A stretch of DNA of 64,000 nucleotides. Source: Octopus sinensis. Its lineage: Eukaryota. Below are positions 37,788-51,589 of this stretch, piece after piece. The position numbers were made by a program, and so were the translations under genes. The first letter of the stretch is position 1; every line of letters starts with the position of its first letter. The stretch spans positions 10,586 to 74,585 of the forward strand of contig NW_021833432.1 of the NCBI RefSeq assembly GCF_006345805.1, read 5' to 3'. The notes below the pieces were generated by a model, which was not told where the DNA came from, searched no databases, and saw only the letters and a program-made list of their open reading frames with translations.

Positions 37788-38212
37788 GAGTGGCTGTGTG
37801 GTAAGTAGCTTGCTAACCAACCACATGGTTCCGGGTTCAATCCCACTGCGTGGCATCTTGGGCAAGTGTCTTCTACTATAGCTCCGGGCCGACCAATGCC
37901 TTGTGAGTAGATTTGGTAGACGGAAACTGAAAGAAGCCTGTCGTATATATGTATATATATATATGTGTGTATGTGTTTGTGTGTCTGTGTTTGTCCCCCC
38001 CCCAACATCGCTTGACAATCGATGCTGGTGTGTTTACGTCCCCGTTACTTAGCGGTTCGGCAAAAGAGACCGATAGAATAAGTAGGCTTACAATGAATAA
38101 GTGGGCTTACAATGAATAAGTCCCAGGGTCGAATTGCTCGACTAAAGGCGGTGCTCCAGCATGGCCGCAGTCAAATGACTGAAACAAGTAAAAGAGTAAA
38201 GAGTAAAGAGTA
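37788..38212 (+). mobile_element. SINE family A, full length, with a 19-bp internal tandem duplication
   Basis: Complete head-to-tail match; GGCTTACAATGAATAAGT occurs twice near 38085-38122. Confidence 0.92.
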
Positions 38213-38679
38213 TATATATATATATATATAATATATGTATGTATATGTATATATATATGTGTGTGTGTGTGTGCAGAAAGTTGAAAAGTAACATACGTGT
38301 TGATATGTATAACGAAAATAGGACAAGGTAGAAAATGCTAAAATAATTTTATCATGAAGGACATTTTAGTACCAGTTTCAGTCTTAGCGACATTAAAAAA
38401 TTTTTAAAGTAATCATGAAAAAGAATTCAATTGTGGAACAGTATAAGGACACAGGGAAAAAAATGTGTCGAAGCTGTCAGGAGGCGTTCGATGCCTCCTA
38501 GGGCTATACAACGGTGGTGTACCCCCTACTGTCACGTTCTTGTTAGATTGACAGTATACAACCATTCTATCGCCCCACCACCGTACATATCTCTACGAGA
38601 GATTTAGAAATTCAATATTTCTTAAATGAAATGTTGTTTTTTCTAATATTTCCATAATTTTCAAATACGTCGGACATTT

Positions 38680-40420
38680 TCCTTTTTCATTACTAGTATC
38701 CTTCGATGTTGTCAACCTCTGCTCTAATATGCCCCACAGCCTAGGAACAGAGGCAATCCAATTCTGGATAGAAAATTACTCCAATAAACTCCCACACTGC
38801 ATCAAAAAAGAATTCGTAGTAGAAGGGCTAAAATTCATCTTGGAGAATAACCTTTGCGTCTTCAAAGACAACATCTATCGACAAAAATCGGGGACAGCTA
38901 TGGGTACGAGAATGACCGCCTCCTTTGCTAACCTAGTCATGAGATATCTAGAAATCAGTCTTTATCGTAAGGTACTAGAAAAATACGGCAACCCATTCTG
39001 CCTCTACGTAGAAAATAACTGGAAGAGGTATCTGGATGATTGCTTCATTCTTTGGCATGAAAGTATAGAAAGACTTAAAGAATTTCAAGTGCTTCTAAAT
39101 GAACCTAATATAAACATTCAATTTACGATGGAATATAGCCATCAACAACTTCCATTCCTCGACATCCTTATTAAGAAATTCAACAACAATATAGAAGCGG
39201 ACATATACTATAAGCCCACGGACTCCAAGCAATATCTACCGTTCAACTCATGCCACCCCAGACACACTACAATGAATATCCTCTTCAACCTGGCAAAAAG
39301 GATTTGTATCATAGAATCTAACTAGCAGTATCGCCCGGCGTTGCTCAGGTTTGTAAGGGAAATAACTATAAAGCATTTTTAGAGAGTTATAGCCAAAAAA
39401 TAGCAAAAAATGGAAAAAAATGATGGTAAATTTTTTTGAGAGTAAAAAAAGGTGGAGTTGCGTCCCCTAGACAGTTTGCGGTTTGTGTTTCTGATTCTCG
39501 ACCCCATGTCGAATTTATCGATTTTTTTCAGAACTGGGGGAACTTTTCAAAATTTTCGCTGCGTTAGTTTTGAATTATGACATTGGGTTATGTATGTGTT
39601 AAGTTTCATCAGAATCGGTTGAAAGCCGTGGTCAGGGTGAGGGTACAAGCAAACAGACACACAGAAACACGCACAGACAAACTGCCGTTTATATAGAGAG
39701 AGATACAAGCACCAAAGACACACGACTATATAGCCTAAAGGATACACTCATCAGCAGGAACTACCCACCTTCACTAATTGATATAGGCTTTCAACGTGCC
39801 CTACAACTCAACATCCTCGAACTCAGACATCCCAAACTAAGGAAGGATTTACAAACAAAAGCTCTTCTATACATCTCCACACACAACCGCCTTAACAATG
39901 AAGCCTTCGACACCATCCTCCAGAACATTCATCTACTAAAAAGTGACACAGAATAAATATAATCCTTCAAATGCATACCATCATAAAGAGTAAAAGACAA
40001 CCTAAGTCAATGAAAATTCTCCAAACACAAGCCCAGCTACACTCGGCAGCAACATTAAAGGCGTGGGTAAAAAAATGTGGAAGATCTAACTGTGGTATAT
40101 GCGTCAACCTAATTGAGGGATCGGAGTTCATATGTGCTTCGGAAAAAGTAATATATGTATAAACTTACTCAGGGTGTCGAGAGCAATATATAGGCCAAAC
40201 CAAAAACAGTCTACGCCAAAGGATGATCCTACATAGATCCCAGATTAAAATTCGGGAATACAGAAAAAAAGCATTCGGCGAACACATCGATATTTACGCC
40301 ATAAACGAACAATTGAACTTCAGAAGTTTCCTCTGTATAAATTCAGGGACGATGCAACCTATAATCAGCGCATTAGCAAAGAGCTATATTTAATCGCAAA
40401 ATATAAGCCCTTTTGAATGC
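38680..40420 (+). mobile_element. Penelope-like retroelement pseudogene (RT, Cys linker, GIY-YIG), 5'-truncated
   Basis: LVSFDVVNL..YRQKSGTAMGT..RYLDDCF..LPFLDI..IYYKPTDSKQYL..CHPRH; CGRSNCGIC; VIY..CREQYIGQTKNSLRQRMILHRSQI..KELYLIAKYKP. Confidence 0.93.
39322..39703 (-). mobile_element. Non-autonomous Helitron inserted in the PLE ORF
   Basis: Minus strand starts TC and ends with a GC hairpin (..GAGCAACGCCGGGCG..) then CTAG; sits between A39321 and T39704 without TSD; removal restores the frame IES-N-TSTKDTRL. Confidence 0.9.
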
Positions 40421-40833
40421 GTCCACCACAAATGACACTACTACAAGGGCCTTAGAATAATACTCACGCAAATATTAAAAACGATATATTCTGAACAGTC
40501 ACTATCCATGAATTTATTCAGAACAATTCCAATCACTACTGCTATAACCACAATAAGTCACCTTTAGGGCACTTGAACATTTAAGAAAAATCTACTAACA
40601 GGCTATTACTGCCATACCATTCCCGTCTTTTCTTCTTCTTCTTCTTCTTCCTCATCATCCTCATCATCATCAGCATCATCATTATCATTATCATCATCAT
40701 CATCTTCGTTGTCTCCTTCCTCAACTACTCCTGCTTAAACAGCCTAAATCCAGAACCAACCTCTCTCATATTAAATATTTCCTCAGATTTGCTACTACCT
40801 ACCAACCGAGCCTCCACAAAAGTAAGAGAGAGT

Positions 40834-40867
<34 letters not shown>

Positions 40868-41159
40868 CAAAGAGAGAGAGAGAGAGACAAAAAAAGAGAG
40901 AAAATGTCCCACGTATTTGAAAGCTATGGAAACATATAAAAAAACACAATTCATTTAATTTTTCCTCAATTTAATTGTTTTTTCATGCTTTACTAGAAAA
41001 TGTTGAAAAAGTCTCAAAGACTGAAACCGGTACTAAAATGTTCTTCGTGATAAAAATATTTTGCCATTTGCTATCTAGTCTTATTTTCCTTTATATATAT
41101 ATATTATATATTATATATATATATATACATGCACAAGCACATATATATACTTTATGATA

Positions 41160-41207
<48 letters not shown>

Positions 41208-42068
41208 TTATCATTTATGTTTTTATATTGTACATATTAAAAATAATACAAATGTGTCGACTCGATGCTGACAAACTGAAAGTCCTTTAAAGAGTGAAAG
41301 CCGTCTCAAATGAGATATATTTGCGCGTAACTTTTATGTAGAATAATTCTTTGTTTGACATAAAAGAGACAAAAGAGTGAGATAACGACAGAAGCTATAA
41401 CAAAAGTTCAGAACAAGAGAGAGAACGAGGTGGAGAGAGAAGGAGAGAGAGAGAGAAAAGGGGGAGAGAAAAGGGGGAGAGAAAAGGAGTAAGACTTGGG
41501 GAGATAGAACCATAGTTTGAGATGAAGAGAATGCATACAAATTATTTCAATTAAGCATGAAGATATACATTGATAAATGGCAAGGTATATAGGTCGATGT
41601 GAAAGGTGTTTCAAAAGAAGGTGTTAGAGACGGAGTTGCCGAAGATGAAAAGAAATAAAAAAGAATAAAAAGAATGAAGAAAGAAAGAATGAAAGAAAGG
41701 AGAGAAAACGAAAGTAAAAAAGAAGAAAATAGAAGTAAACGAAGGGAAGCGTAAAGTTTATCGGCAGTATACATGAAAGGAAATCTAGAGAATTGAAAGA
41801 TATGTTCTCATTAAGTTGATTGTTCGTCCTTAATTCTGATTAATATATATTATATATATATATATATGAGACGTTGCTGGAAAGACAGTCCGACATTTTC
41901 AATTCTTCGTAGATACCTTTGAAGTTTATTCCTTGATAATGCTTTAATTCTTCGCTTGCACACAATATCTTCAAATATATTCTTCGATTTCTTTCACTTT
42001 AGGCGTTCTTTGTTACAAATTATTTCTATTATTGGATTTCTGATATTGCTTTAAGACGTCAGCCGTCT

Positions 42069-42180
<112 letters not shown>

Positions 42181-42884
42181 GTTCGTGTTCTTGTTTGTTC
42201 TTGACAAAAGGCATCTTCAATTAAATTGACCTAATTAAATGACTAATAATTATTAACGAGTCAAACAGATTTCGACGTGGACATAGCCTTGCTTGCAGTA
42301 AATCGTGGTCAACTCTTCTCCATTTTTATTATACGGCCGTGTTTTAGGCAAGGAAAAAAATGGAACATCTCCACTACATCCACATCAACAACACTTGTTG
42401 CTCCATTGCCACACACACGCCGAAACTCCGCCGTCCAAACCACCACCACCACCACCTGTACGCTACCGGATACAACGCCAAAAGTCAACGAAATCGTCGC
42501 TGCCACCACTCCCACTTCAGTCACCAACGTTGCCGCTGTTGTCATCGTGACCCCACTGTTATCCCCACACCGAACTAACGTTGACATCACCACCACCACT
42601 GCCACCCTTTATAACCGACCATGTATCAGCTAATGGTACTTTACATACTAAACTCGCGAGCCATTATGAAATCCTATCCTAGTCTTTATTCCACTAGTCA
42701 AACTGTATTCCACTTATCAAACGGTAGCAAGTCTCCATAAGCCTATAATGCAGTTGGCGTTGGTTTAACATAAGCTGATACGTAACACCTCTGACACAAG
42801 CGTCAAAATTGGCAACTGAAGTAGGAATGTCTTATTCGTCGTGATGGGCACCGCGAAAAATATCAACAAAACAGCACAGAAAAG

Positions 42885-43175
42885 AGCACAGCTCCCATGA
42901 CTTCCGGAAACATTTTTTCACGCTGAGAGTTGCATGGAACAAACTGCCGGCATCAGTTGTTAGTTGTCGGAGCACTGCATCCTTCAAAACTTCCATGCTT
43001 TCTGAGATTCGCCAACACTACACCTGATTTTCTCCCCTCCATACACACACAAGCATGTATCTTACTCATACATTGTTTGCTTTCCAGACATTTGTACATT
43101 ACTGCATATACTCTATACGCACTTTCTGACAAGTTGTGTTGCACCTGAGCACTGTATACAATAATTTCATTATTA
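42885..43175 (+). mobile_element. CR1-like LINE 3' end (second subfamily)
   Basis: HSSHDFRKHFFTLRV..WNKLPASVVSCRSTASFKTSM..EIRQHYT*, then 3'UTR ending CATTATTA. Confidence 0.75.
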
Positions 43176-43207
43176 TATAAATTACAGAAAGATCTATAAA
43201 ACTGATC

Positions 43208-44041
43208 CGCAAGGTGCGTTCGAAATGTATCCCATTTACATTTTTCAGCCAAAACAAATGCCGCATTGGAAAAATTCTCTGGGTAAGAGGTGACGTCACT
43301 CTTCCTGCGCATGCGAGAACACTTTTGCGCCGGTAGGTCACGTCAGCTCCCAGCTGTTACGCCTAGATTATAAATACGAAGTGCGCGCTCATGGATTTTC
43401 GTTTTCACCAAACGTATCGAGCAGAGACAATGAACTCATGTCTCATCAGCTATGATGATGGCCTTCGTGAAGTCTGGGTCGTGGTTTGCAGAGACCAACA
43501 TGTCCTGAGTGATTTTCATGTGGAAATGCTTGAGGACAAATTTCGCCAACACTCTGCGCACGTACAAGTCCAAATGGATTGAACTGGTCCTATACTTTTT
43601 CCCATGCCATGAGGAAAATCTTGGATTGTTGCAAGGCAGTCTTCACCGAGCTTTCTCAATCGGCTCCTAATTCCGAATTGTGGAAGGCCTGGTTGAGTGT
43701 GCTTCGCTCTCCACTGAGGCGCGGCCATATTTATAACGGTTGTACCGTTCCTTGATCTGAGTTTTAACCATGGCTTCATCGCTAAAGGCCTGCTGAATAT
43801 TCTGGGTGGTTTGATGTTGAGCCTCATCAAGCTTTTGGCAAAACTTGGTGCAATATATCTACTTGATGCGTTCGGTCAAAACGAAAATCTGACATCTAAA
43901 ATCTAGATGTAACAGTCGAGAGCCGACGCAGCCTATCGGCTCGAGGGTTTTCACGTGTACTCAGGAAGGGTACCGTCACCTTCCACCCTAAGGGTATTGT
44001 CCGGGGACAAATAAAATCGGTTACCTTTTGAACGCCCTTCG
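43208..44041 (-). mobile_element. Internally deleted mariner (Tc1/mariner) element
   Basis: Minus strand TERI..YCTKFCQKL..IQQAFSDEAM..QIKERYNRYKYGRASVESE..RPSTIRN..IIADET; right TIR (rc) TA|CGAAGGGCGTTCAAAAGGTAACCG, decayed left TIR CGCAAGGTGCGTTCGAAATGTATCCC. Confidence 0.85.
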
Positions 44042-44757
44042 TATATTAAAATAGAGTATCCAGAACAGAATTAGGAGGCTAAAACTCTTTGAATTGTAAT
44101 AACTTTATTTCTGGACAGAAACATTCGTATACATTTAACAGGTAAATCAAGTCTACCCTAGAGACATTAATAAATACTAATGGTCACATGGTACACTGAA
44201 TATCCACCCCAGATTTAGAATAAAAAACAACTTGAAATATCGTAGTGTAATCGTACAGACAGAAATGTACTGAATAAATCAATCTCAAATAATAAAAAGA
44301 ATTTAAAAAACAAATATTGAAATAAGCAAGTAGACCAAACACAAATGCAAAGCAATATATACCAGAGACACAACTATTAAATATATAAATCACACACAAC
44401 TTGTAGTACATGAATCAAATACATAGTAACGATAGAGTGGATGGACACTTAGAAAGAAATAAACGCAAAAATCTCATAAAACAGGCCACAAAACGTCTAG
44501 CACCAAGTCATGTAATAAAACTAATAACATACTAAAAAAAATACTAAAATGAAATATCTTACCAATATCAGACCATAAGCCGGTATTTCTGAGAACAAAC
44601 TACCAAGAAAAATGTCTCCAGTTCATAAATTTATAAATTTAATTGCAGGCCTGAAAGTTCTAAACTTGATGACTTCATGTATTTCTATGGGCATATATAA
44701 CAGTTTTCTGCCGGGTCACCATGCAGATACAGCGAGGAATAATCGCATATTATATTA

Positions 44758-44895
44758 TTCGATGCCTGAGTGGTTAAGAAGTTCATTTTATAATTATTTG
44801 GTTTCGGGTTTAGTCCTACAGTACGCCAAATTTGGCAAAGGTTTTCTATTACAGCCCTGGTCTGACCAATGCTTTGTGAGTTTGATTCGCGATTT
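44758..44895 (+). mobile_element. Old SINE family A head remnant
   Basis: GAGTGGTTAAGAAGTT..CGGGTTTAGTCC..GGCAAAGG..GACCAATGCTTTGTGAG. Confidence 0.45.
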
Positions 44896-45303
44896 AAGTT
44901 TCATGCGATTAAGGTCTTCCAGTGAAGGTTGTTAGAACGCGGTATTGGTAGAGTATGAATTTATATCCATTGGTGGGTGATAAGTTAAGATTTACCGACT
45001 TCATATTTTGATTCAAATGGACCTCGTTAGAAATTATATCATGGTTGACCTAACGGGGAATTTATTCAATTTACCACAGAGAAAAGAAAGGAAAGGTAAA
45101 ATATATACAATATAAATGCAATTATGTTCAGAGTATGGTTACGATTCAGTACCAAGGCATTCGACCTTGATATACACAGAGATATTGAACGATCGTTTTC
45201 TTCTTCACTCTGAATGTAATCAATGGCTGATAACAGACATATCTATGTAAACACTCAAACACTCAAATGCATTCATACACGCATATATGTACATATATAT
45301 CAA

Positions 45304-45304
<1 letters not shown>

Positions 45305-45395
<91 letters not shown>

Positions 45396-45408
45396 AATCA
45401 ATCAATCA

Positions 45409-45450
<42 letters not shown>

Positions 45451-45468
45451 ATCTATCTATCTATATAT

Positions 45469-45521
<53 letters not shown>

Positions 45522-45530
45522 ATGTATATA
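45305..45530. repeat. (TATC)n/(TA)n microsatellite
   Basis: Directly visible. Confidence 0.9.
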
Positions 45531-45534
45531 AACT

Positions 45535-46296
45535 TAGATAAACTTAGATATGTTTCGATCAAAGATTGGTCCAGGCCATGTCTAACTTAATAGCACCACC
45601 TGATAGGATTATTTGAATCCTGTTTAAGTCAAGTTTTGCTTATGGTCCATTCAAGTAGTGAGTTTTTGTTGGGTGAGTTTTATCCAATTATGGGTGGCTT
45701 AACTGGTATTCCTTGAAGGAATCTATCCAGACTCCGTTTAAAGTTGATGGGATCATTTTCCTCTTTGATCTCTTTCGGGACAATGTTAAATAGGGCAGGG
45801 CCTGTTGAGGAAAAGAAATTATGTTGCAGTGTACATGTATGCTGTGATCTTGAATTGGGCAGGGGACGTATGGCCCGTGGTCCCAGTCTTGGATGAACCT
45901 TGAAGCTAATGTTCAGGTCGTTTGGGCAAAGTTGGCGGTATATTCTCCACATCGTACAAATGATGTACCGCTCACGGCAACGCTGGAGAGAGTAGAGTTT
46001 CAAGGCTTTAAGGCGATCCCGATAATCGAGAGGAGCCATGCCTTCAATTCGTTTAGTGAGTGCCCTCTGGGGTGATTCAATCCTGGAGATGTTTTGTATT
46101 GTATGGGGAGATCACAGTGGGCAGCAGTATTCGAGGTGTGGCCGTACAAAGGAGGAGAAAAGTGGTATGATGACACCTTGTTCTCTGGACCGCAAAGTTC
46201 TTAAGATCCAGGAATTCATCCTATGAGCTATATCGACCTTCTTGTTGATGTGTGCACTCCAACTGAGATCGTCATCAACAATTACACCCAGGTCTC

Positions 46297-46297
<1 letters not shown>
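45535..46297 (-). mobile_element. 5'-truncated CR1-like LINE, same family as the 35305 copy
   Basis: RDLGVIVDDDLSWSAHI..RPHLEYCC..LKALKLYSLQRCRERY..HPRLGPRAIRP; shares the 3' GGTGGTGCTATTAAGTTAGACATGGCCTGG. Confidence 0.92.
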
Positions 46298-46337
<40 letters not shown>

Positions 46338-46466
46338 ATAATAATGCAATACGAAATTATACGTATAAAAGTAAATAAATGGTACATCGAGGCACCGATA
46401 TTTACTGGAAAATAGCAATCGTAATAAATACGACCCTATTGTATAAATATATGTACATATACATAC

Positions 46467-46510
<44 letters not shown>

Positions 46511-46554
46511 TTATGTATGTATATGTACACACACACACACACACATATAATATA

Positions 46555-46596
<42 letters not shown>

Positions 46597-46744
46597 TATA
46601 TATATATGTATATATATATGTATATACATAACCAGACAGCCAGATATACACACACGCACACACACACACACTCATAAACACATAATTGTATACACCTACA
46701 CACTGACATTGTTGATTGTAAGCCAGAACTTAGCAAGCTCGACG

Positions 46745-47060
46745 TAATGCCTTATCCAAATAAAGTTTAGAAAATTCCAACTAGAATTAGAAGAAACGTT
46801 TAAGCTATACGGGGGATTATTCCTTACAATAGTTTGCCTCCCGTTTTTCTGTTTATTAGAGCTGTTTCTGTTATTTACATAATGTATCGTACCTTTGAAA
46901 CAACTGTCTTTTAATGCATCATTTAATAAAGAGTGACACAGTTTAGTTCCCAATCCAGATTTAATGATCCACCGCCAGCAATTAGATATGTAAAGCGAGT
47001 TCCTAAAGAGGGAACAACCCAATCAAACGAGTGATTTATGTGGAATCCAAGGATCCCATT
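46745..47060 (-). mobile_element. PLE fragment (region just C-terminal to RT)
   Basis: LNDALKDSCF..KQKNGRQTIVRNNPPYSLNVSSN..FLNFI matches the NPPY(S)xNVxTN motif; covers the region just upstream of the 8257-8878 fragment. Confidence 0.7.
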
Positions 47061-47223
47061 GTTGTATTAAAATTGTTCTTAATTGACGTCTTATAGCTGA
47101 AAGAAATGAGAGTTTATCTAGCCATTAATCTTAGGTCATTGTCTATTGGGGAGAAAGGTGTAAGTTTCCCAAGAAACTGAGTGATTTGTTTCGTAAATAT
47201 TTCACCTATTCCAGCTTTATATT

Positions 47224-47348
47224 TAAGAGATGAGGAATTATGTACATTATTTACATTATTTACATTTGACGGATATCATTATTTACATTTGACAAATATC
47301 CGTCAAATGCAAATAATGTGAATAATGTACACAATTCCTCATCTCTTA
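47224..47348. repeat. Hairpin with 53-bp arms and 19-bp spacer; partial third copy at 47593-47626
   Basis: TAAGAGATGAGGAATT..TTTGACGGATAT / ATATCCGTCAAA..AATTCCTCATCTCTTA. Confidence 0.9.
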
Positions 47349-47397
47349 CATATAGAGCTGTATTATCTAATCGGTACAGAGCCGACGTTAGACTTCA

Positions 47398-47585
47398 GTG
47401 GGGACATATAGAGCAACTCCATCAAAAACTACCTCGTCTTTCAATCATCTAACTTTCCTGTGTAGATGTAGAGACTCAAAGCTAATACCACCTGGCTTGA
47501 ATATAATGACACCTGTGGATTCATATAAATCTAGAAGAGTAGCGGAAAGGGCAGGACATGCCCCGTTCGTGAGAGGATCCATTAC
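47398..47585 (+). mobile_element. PLE N-terminal domain fragment
   Basis: NHLTFLCRCRDSKLIPPGLNI..VAERAG resembles the N-terminal motif of Penelope/Poseidon ORFs. Confidence 0.65.
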
Positions 47586-47674
47586 ATATATGAGGACAAA
47601 TATCCGTCAAATGTAAATAATGTAAATTTCGCTTTTTCTTTCATTTTTAGCCACCCCATTGCGTATGCATGCAT

Positions 47675-47675
47675 G

Positions 47676-47719
<44 letters not shown>

Positions 47720-47760
47720 CATCCATCCATCCATCCATCCATCCATCCATCCATCCATCC

Positions 47761-47830
<70 letters not shown>
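47675..47830. repeat. (TATC)n-(TCCA)n-(TATC)n microsatellite
   Basis: Directly visible. Confidence 0.95.
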
Positions 47831-48239
47831 GTGTGTTTGTGTTTATAGATGTATATACCTGTATATACGTGCAAATATACACACATACATATATTCATAT
47901 AGAAATTAAATAAGTTTTCAAGAACCTAAATCTAGAGTGCAAGATATTTACAGAAGATAAATGTGTTCAGGAAATTTTGACATAGGACATTACTTTAAGA
48001 AGAAATAACTAAACCCAAAACAGACACCAACAATTTGTTTATTCAAAATAGAAGTGGATTCTCTTGTAAGCTGAAGTCTATCAAGAAAGTAAATAGATTA
48101 TACCCAGAAATATTGATGAACTAATGAGCCTTTGGTCAATAGTATGATAAAGAGTAGTCTGCAACTCTCTTGGTATCAAAATCATTTTGAAAGAAAACCG
48201 AAGGAAACAGAAATGGTCTACCAAAGATCCTAAACTTAA

Positions 48240-48420
48240 AAGTTTTACCAAGCAAGGTAGACAAAAGAAATCACGCCCTTAAAAACAGCTGGAGGCGGGA
48301 TACTGATTCACAGATGAAAAAGTAGGGATCTATCTGGAAATAACCGGAAAAGACAGCTTATAGGTGAGGATGATGGTGAACAGTCGTCGACGGCGTAAGC
48401 TCCATAGGAAGCGAAGGGCT
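48240..48420 (+). mobile_element. RTE-like LINE 3' end remnant
   Basis: QGRQKRNH..KNSWRRDTDSQMKK..W..VVDG resembles the RTE C-terminal GRPxNTWRR motif. Confidence 0.5.
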
Positions 48421-50208
48421 CGAGAGGAAGACGTTGTCTAATATTTCCTTCCTGTTTTAAAGATGGAGTCACGTGATTCGTGGAAATTTGGTCGTTATTC
48501 TAAGTATGCAATCAGATATTATCGATGGCATTGACAATGAGTGATTCAGGGTGTAAAGCGTTACTTAGAAAACCATACAGGAGTGATAATTTCTTCTTTA
48601 ACTACGTGTTTTTCTGAATTATATTACACTAGGTAGTAAAACAGTCATGGCACTTGAATTTGAACTTTTGAACAAGAAAGGAACTACATGAAAATTTGTC
48701 AAAGCACCTCGTACAAAATTGTTGAGACTTCTCTTATGCTCTGTTGTATTCGCATGCACCTTATTATGTACTTCTGTCGCACATACGAACACACAGACAC
48801 ACATATTATAAGCATGCATTCATGACACAACACTATGCTAATAATCACAAATCACTTTGTACACTGTGAATAAAATCTATCTTCTCTTTATAAAAGTAGT
48901 CGGTTTTTGGCGTCCTTTATTCATTTACTTTGGCACTGTATATAAACATGTAGTGTGGCTTATAAAATATGTTATGTTGGGATGCGGCCGTGCGCTGTAC
49001 AAGAGGAGAAATATGTCACCAAACTCCTCACGTACGGTCGTAGTCTAACAAATTCTTTAGGAGCCATATTAGTGAAGAACCCTAGTTTGTTAGGGTTCAA
49101 ATACTGATGCCCAAGTCAGTACTAAGTTTTCTCTTTTAATACCGAGACTATTGAGAGAAAGAAAAGAAATTCTCAGTCTAGAGACCTGGCTTAAATGCTT
49201 ACAAAAATCTCAGCTACACTAAAGTTCCACAAGTGTCACGTGGGAGTGTTATATAGGGTGACATACCACATTTCCTCTTCAAGAAATAGTATGATCTTTA
49301 AGCAGACTTCCACACAGTTTCCATTTACCAATTTCCATTTGAAAGGCTTTTGTCTTTCGGAGCGTATGGTAGAAGGTGCATTTTTCAGTTACTGTCCGGC
49401 AAAATCGAATCTGAAGCTACACACGTAGCTGCGAATCGATCTTCTGAATATCACGACGAACACCTGCCTTTTATATACATCAGCCTATATATTGATGGTT
49501 AATACATACTTGCATGAAGTTGAGAGTAAGAACAGAAAAATGGCGAAGGAATTCAAACAGAAAAAATAAACATTTTGATCACAAAATAAAATGAGTTATA
49601 CAAGTTAATCTGAAAAATAAAGGGATTTCTGCCAGGAGACAGTTATTGAATTTTAGTTGGTTTAACAATCCAACCGACCGAAATCCAACTAGTGGCTTAG
49701 AAAATGAGTGAAGCTTGCAAAAGCACACCCTGGAGCGGGTATCAATTCAAACCATAATCGAATAGTTAATTAAATTACAAATCAACCTTAATAAAATGAA
49801 GATGGTTAAAATATGAGAATAATTAATTAAACTTGCAAAAAGAGACAGAATGCTAACAGAAATGTAATGCGGGGCAGTAGGAAGCAACTATGAATATTTA
49901 TACAGTGAAGAAGAAATATAAAAATCTTATAATAAAGAACAAAACGAAGAAGGATTTAACACACAATTGGCATGTAGCATGTTACTAAAGAAAACATTGT
50001 TTGAATGGGGGGGGGGAAGCAAGAGAAGAAAACGGGGGATTGATTAAATTCCATTAAACAATGAAAGACGACATGAAATACAATAATAAAGATTGAAGAT
50101 CAACATTGTCATAATATCCTAAATAAAGAGATGTGTTTTGCATTATCAAAGCAGAAGCCAAATGGCCAGATGGTCAATGCTAATTCAAATGCCAAGTATT
50201 TGCATATA

Positions 50209-50371
50209 GGCGCAGGAGTGGCTGTGTGGTAAGTAGCTTGCTAACCAACCTCATAGTTCCGGGTTCAGTCCCACTGCGTGGCACCTTGGGCAAGTGTCTT
50301 CTGCTATAGCCCCGGGCCGACCAATGCCTTGTGAGTGGATTTGGTAGACGGAAACGGAAAGAAGCCTGTCG

Positions 50372-50404
<33 letters not shown>

Positions 50405-50622
50405 TTGTGTGTCTGTGTTTGTCCCCCTAGCATTGCTTGACAACCGATGCTGGTGTGTTTACGTCCCCGTCACTTAGCGGTTCGGAAAAAAGAGACCGAT
50501 AGAATAAGTACTGGGCTTACAAAGAATAAGTCCCAGGGTCGATTTGTTCGACTAAAGGCGGTGCTCCAGCATGGCCGCAGTCAAATGACTGAAACAAGTA
50601 AAAGAGTAAAAGAATAAAGAGT
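50209..50622 (+). mobile_element. SINE family A, full length, least diverged copy
   Basis: GGCGCAGGAGTGGCTGTGTGGTAAG through GAAACAAGTAAAAGAGTAAAAG. Confidence 0.93.
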
Positions 50623-51589
50623 ATTTGAGAATTTCTATGAACAGAAAAAAAAAACCGGAAGAAATCTGAGATAAAATAAATGTGATCTGCAACAAGTGAA
50701 TGTGTAATCTCTGCGGTAAGGTTAAGGACAAAAGAGGATCAATGTTAGATAATGGGAAGTTTGAGTGAATACGTAAGAACGAATAGATAAGGATGATAAG
50801 AACAAACTGTCGGTGTCCTGTTTTCAGGGTTACTAATGAGAATAAAATGTTAAAAGAAGAAAAGGCAAGGAGAACAATGAAAGAAGGAAGGTAGCCAATT
50901 GTGGACGATGAAATATAAGATCATAGAGAGCGGGAAAAAGGACTAAATAATCAGAACTAAGGGTGATGCAATGAAAACTATGAGACGGGTTACATACGAG
51001 TCGAGTATGAATAACCAATCATTGTTGCATTACCAAGATTAGAAGACATGACTCACAAAGCTTCGAATCATAATTCAAATGTCACGTCACTAAAGTAAAG
51101 AAAGAGACCAAAAAAAACCTCTTAACAAAGAATTACCTGAAGAATAAATGAAGAAATAAGTCAAATGTAAAGCGATTTTAGACCAGGATCCATCACGTGC
51201 AACATATATATAATGTAAAATATAATGTAAAATAAAACAATGAATCAAACCTATGATCCAAGTCTATGATCGACCCATCCTACTCTTGGGCATTGCATTT
51301 CTAGTATTATGTTATCTCATGTTTTCTTTTCCGAAGACAAATGAGTATAATTATAAATAGATTCTGGTGCCATTTCTAGCAGATTGAGCAGCTATATAGA
51401 CACCATCGTTGCTGTCGTTTTCTTCTTCTTCTTCTACTTCTTCTTCCAATCAGGACTCACGCCAGTAACCACAAGGAATAATCTCTAATTCGAGCCTATT
51501 CTAAGATGCTAAGAATGCGTGTGGCTACTTTAAGATCCACCCACCACACGCGATTGACTGGCGGTTGCACGGGTGCGAAAGCTACGTTG

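Noticed and set aside
42277-42633. Thr-rich mucin-like ORF
   Set aside because: Derived from a degenerate (ACC)n tract, open on both strands
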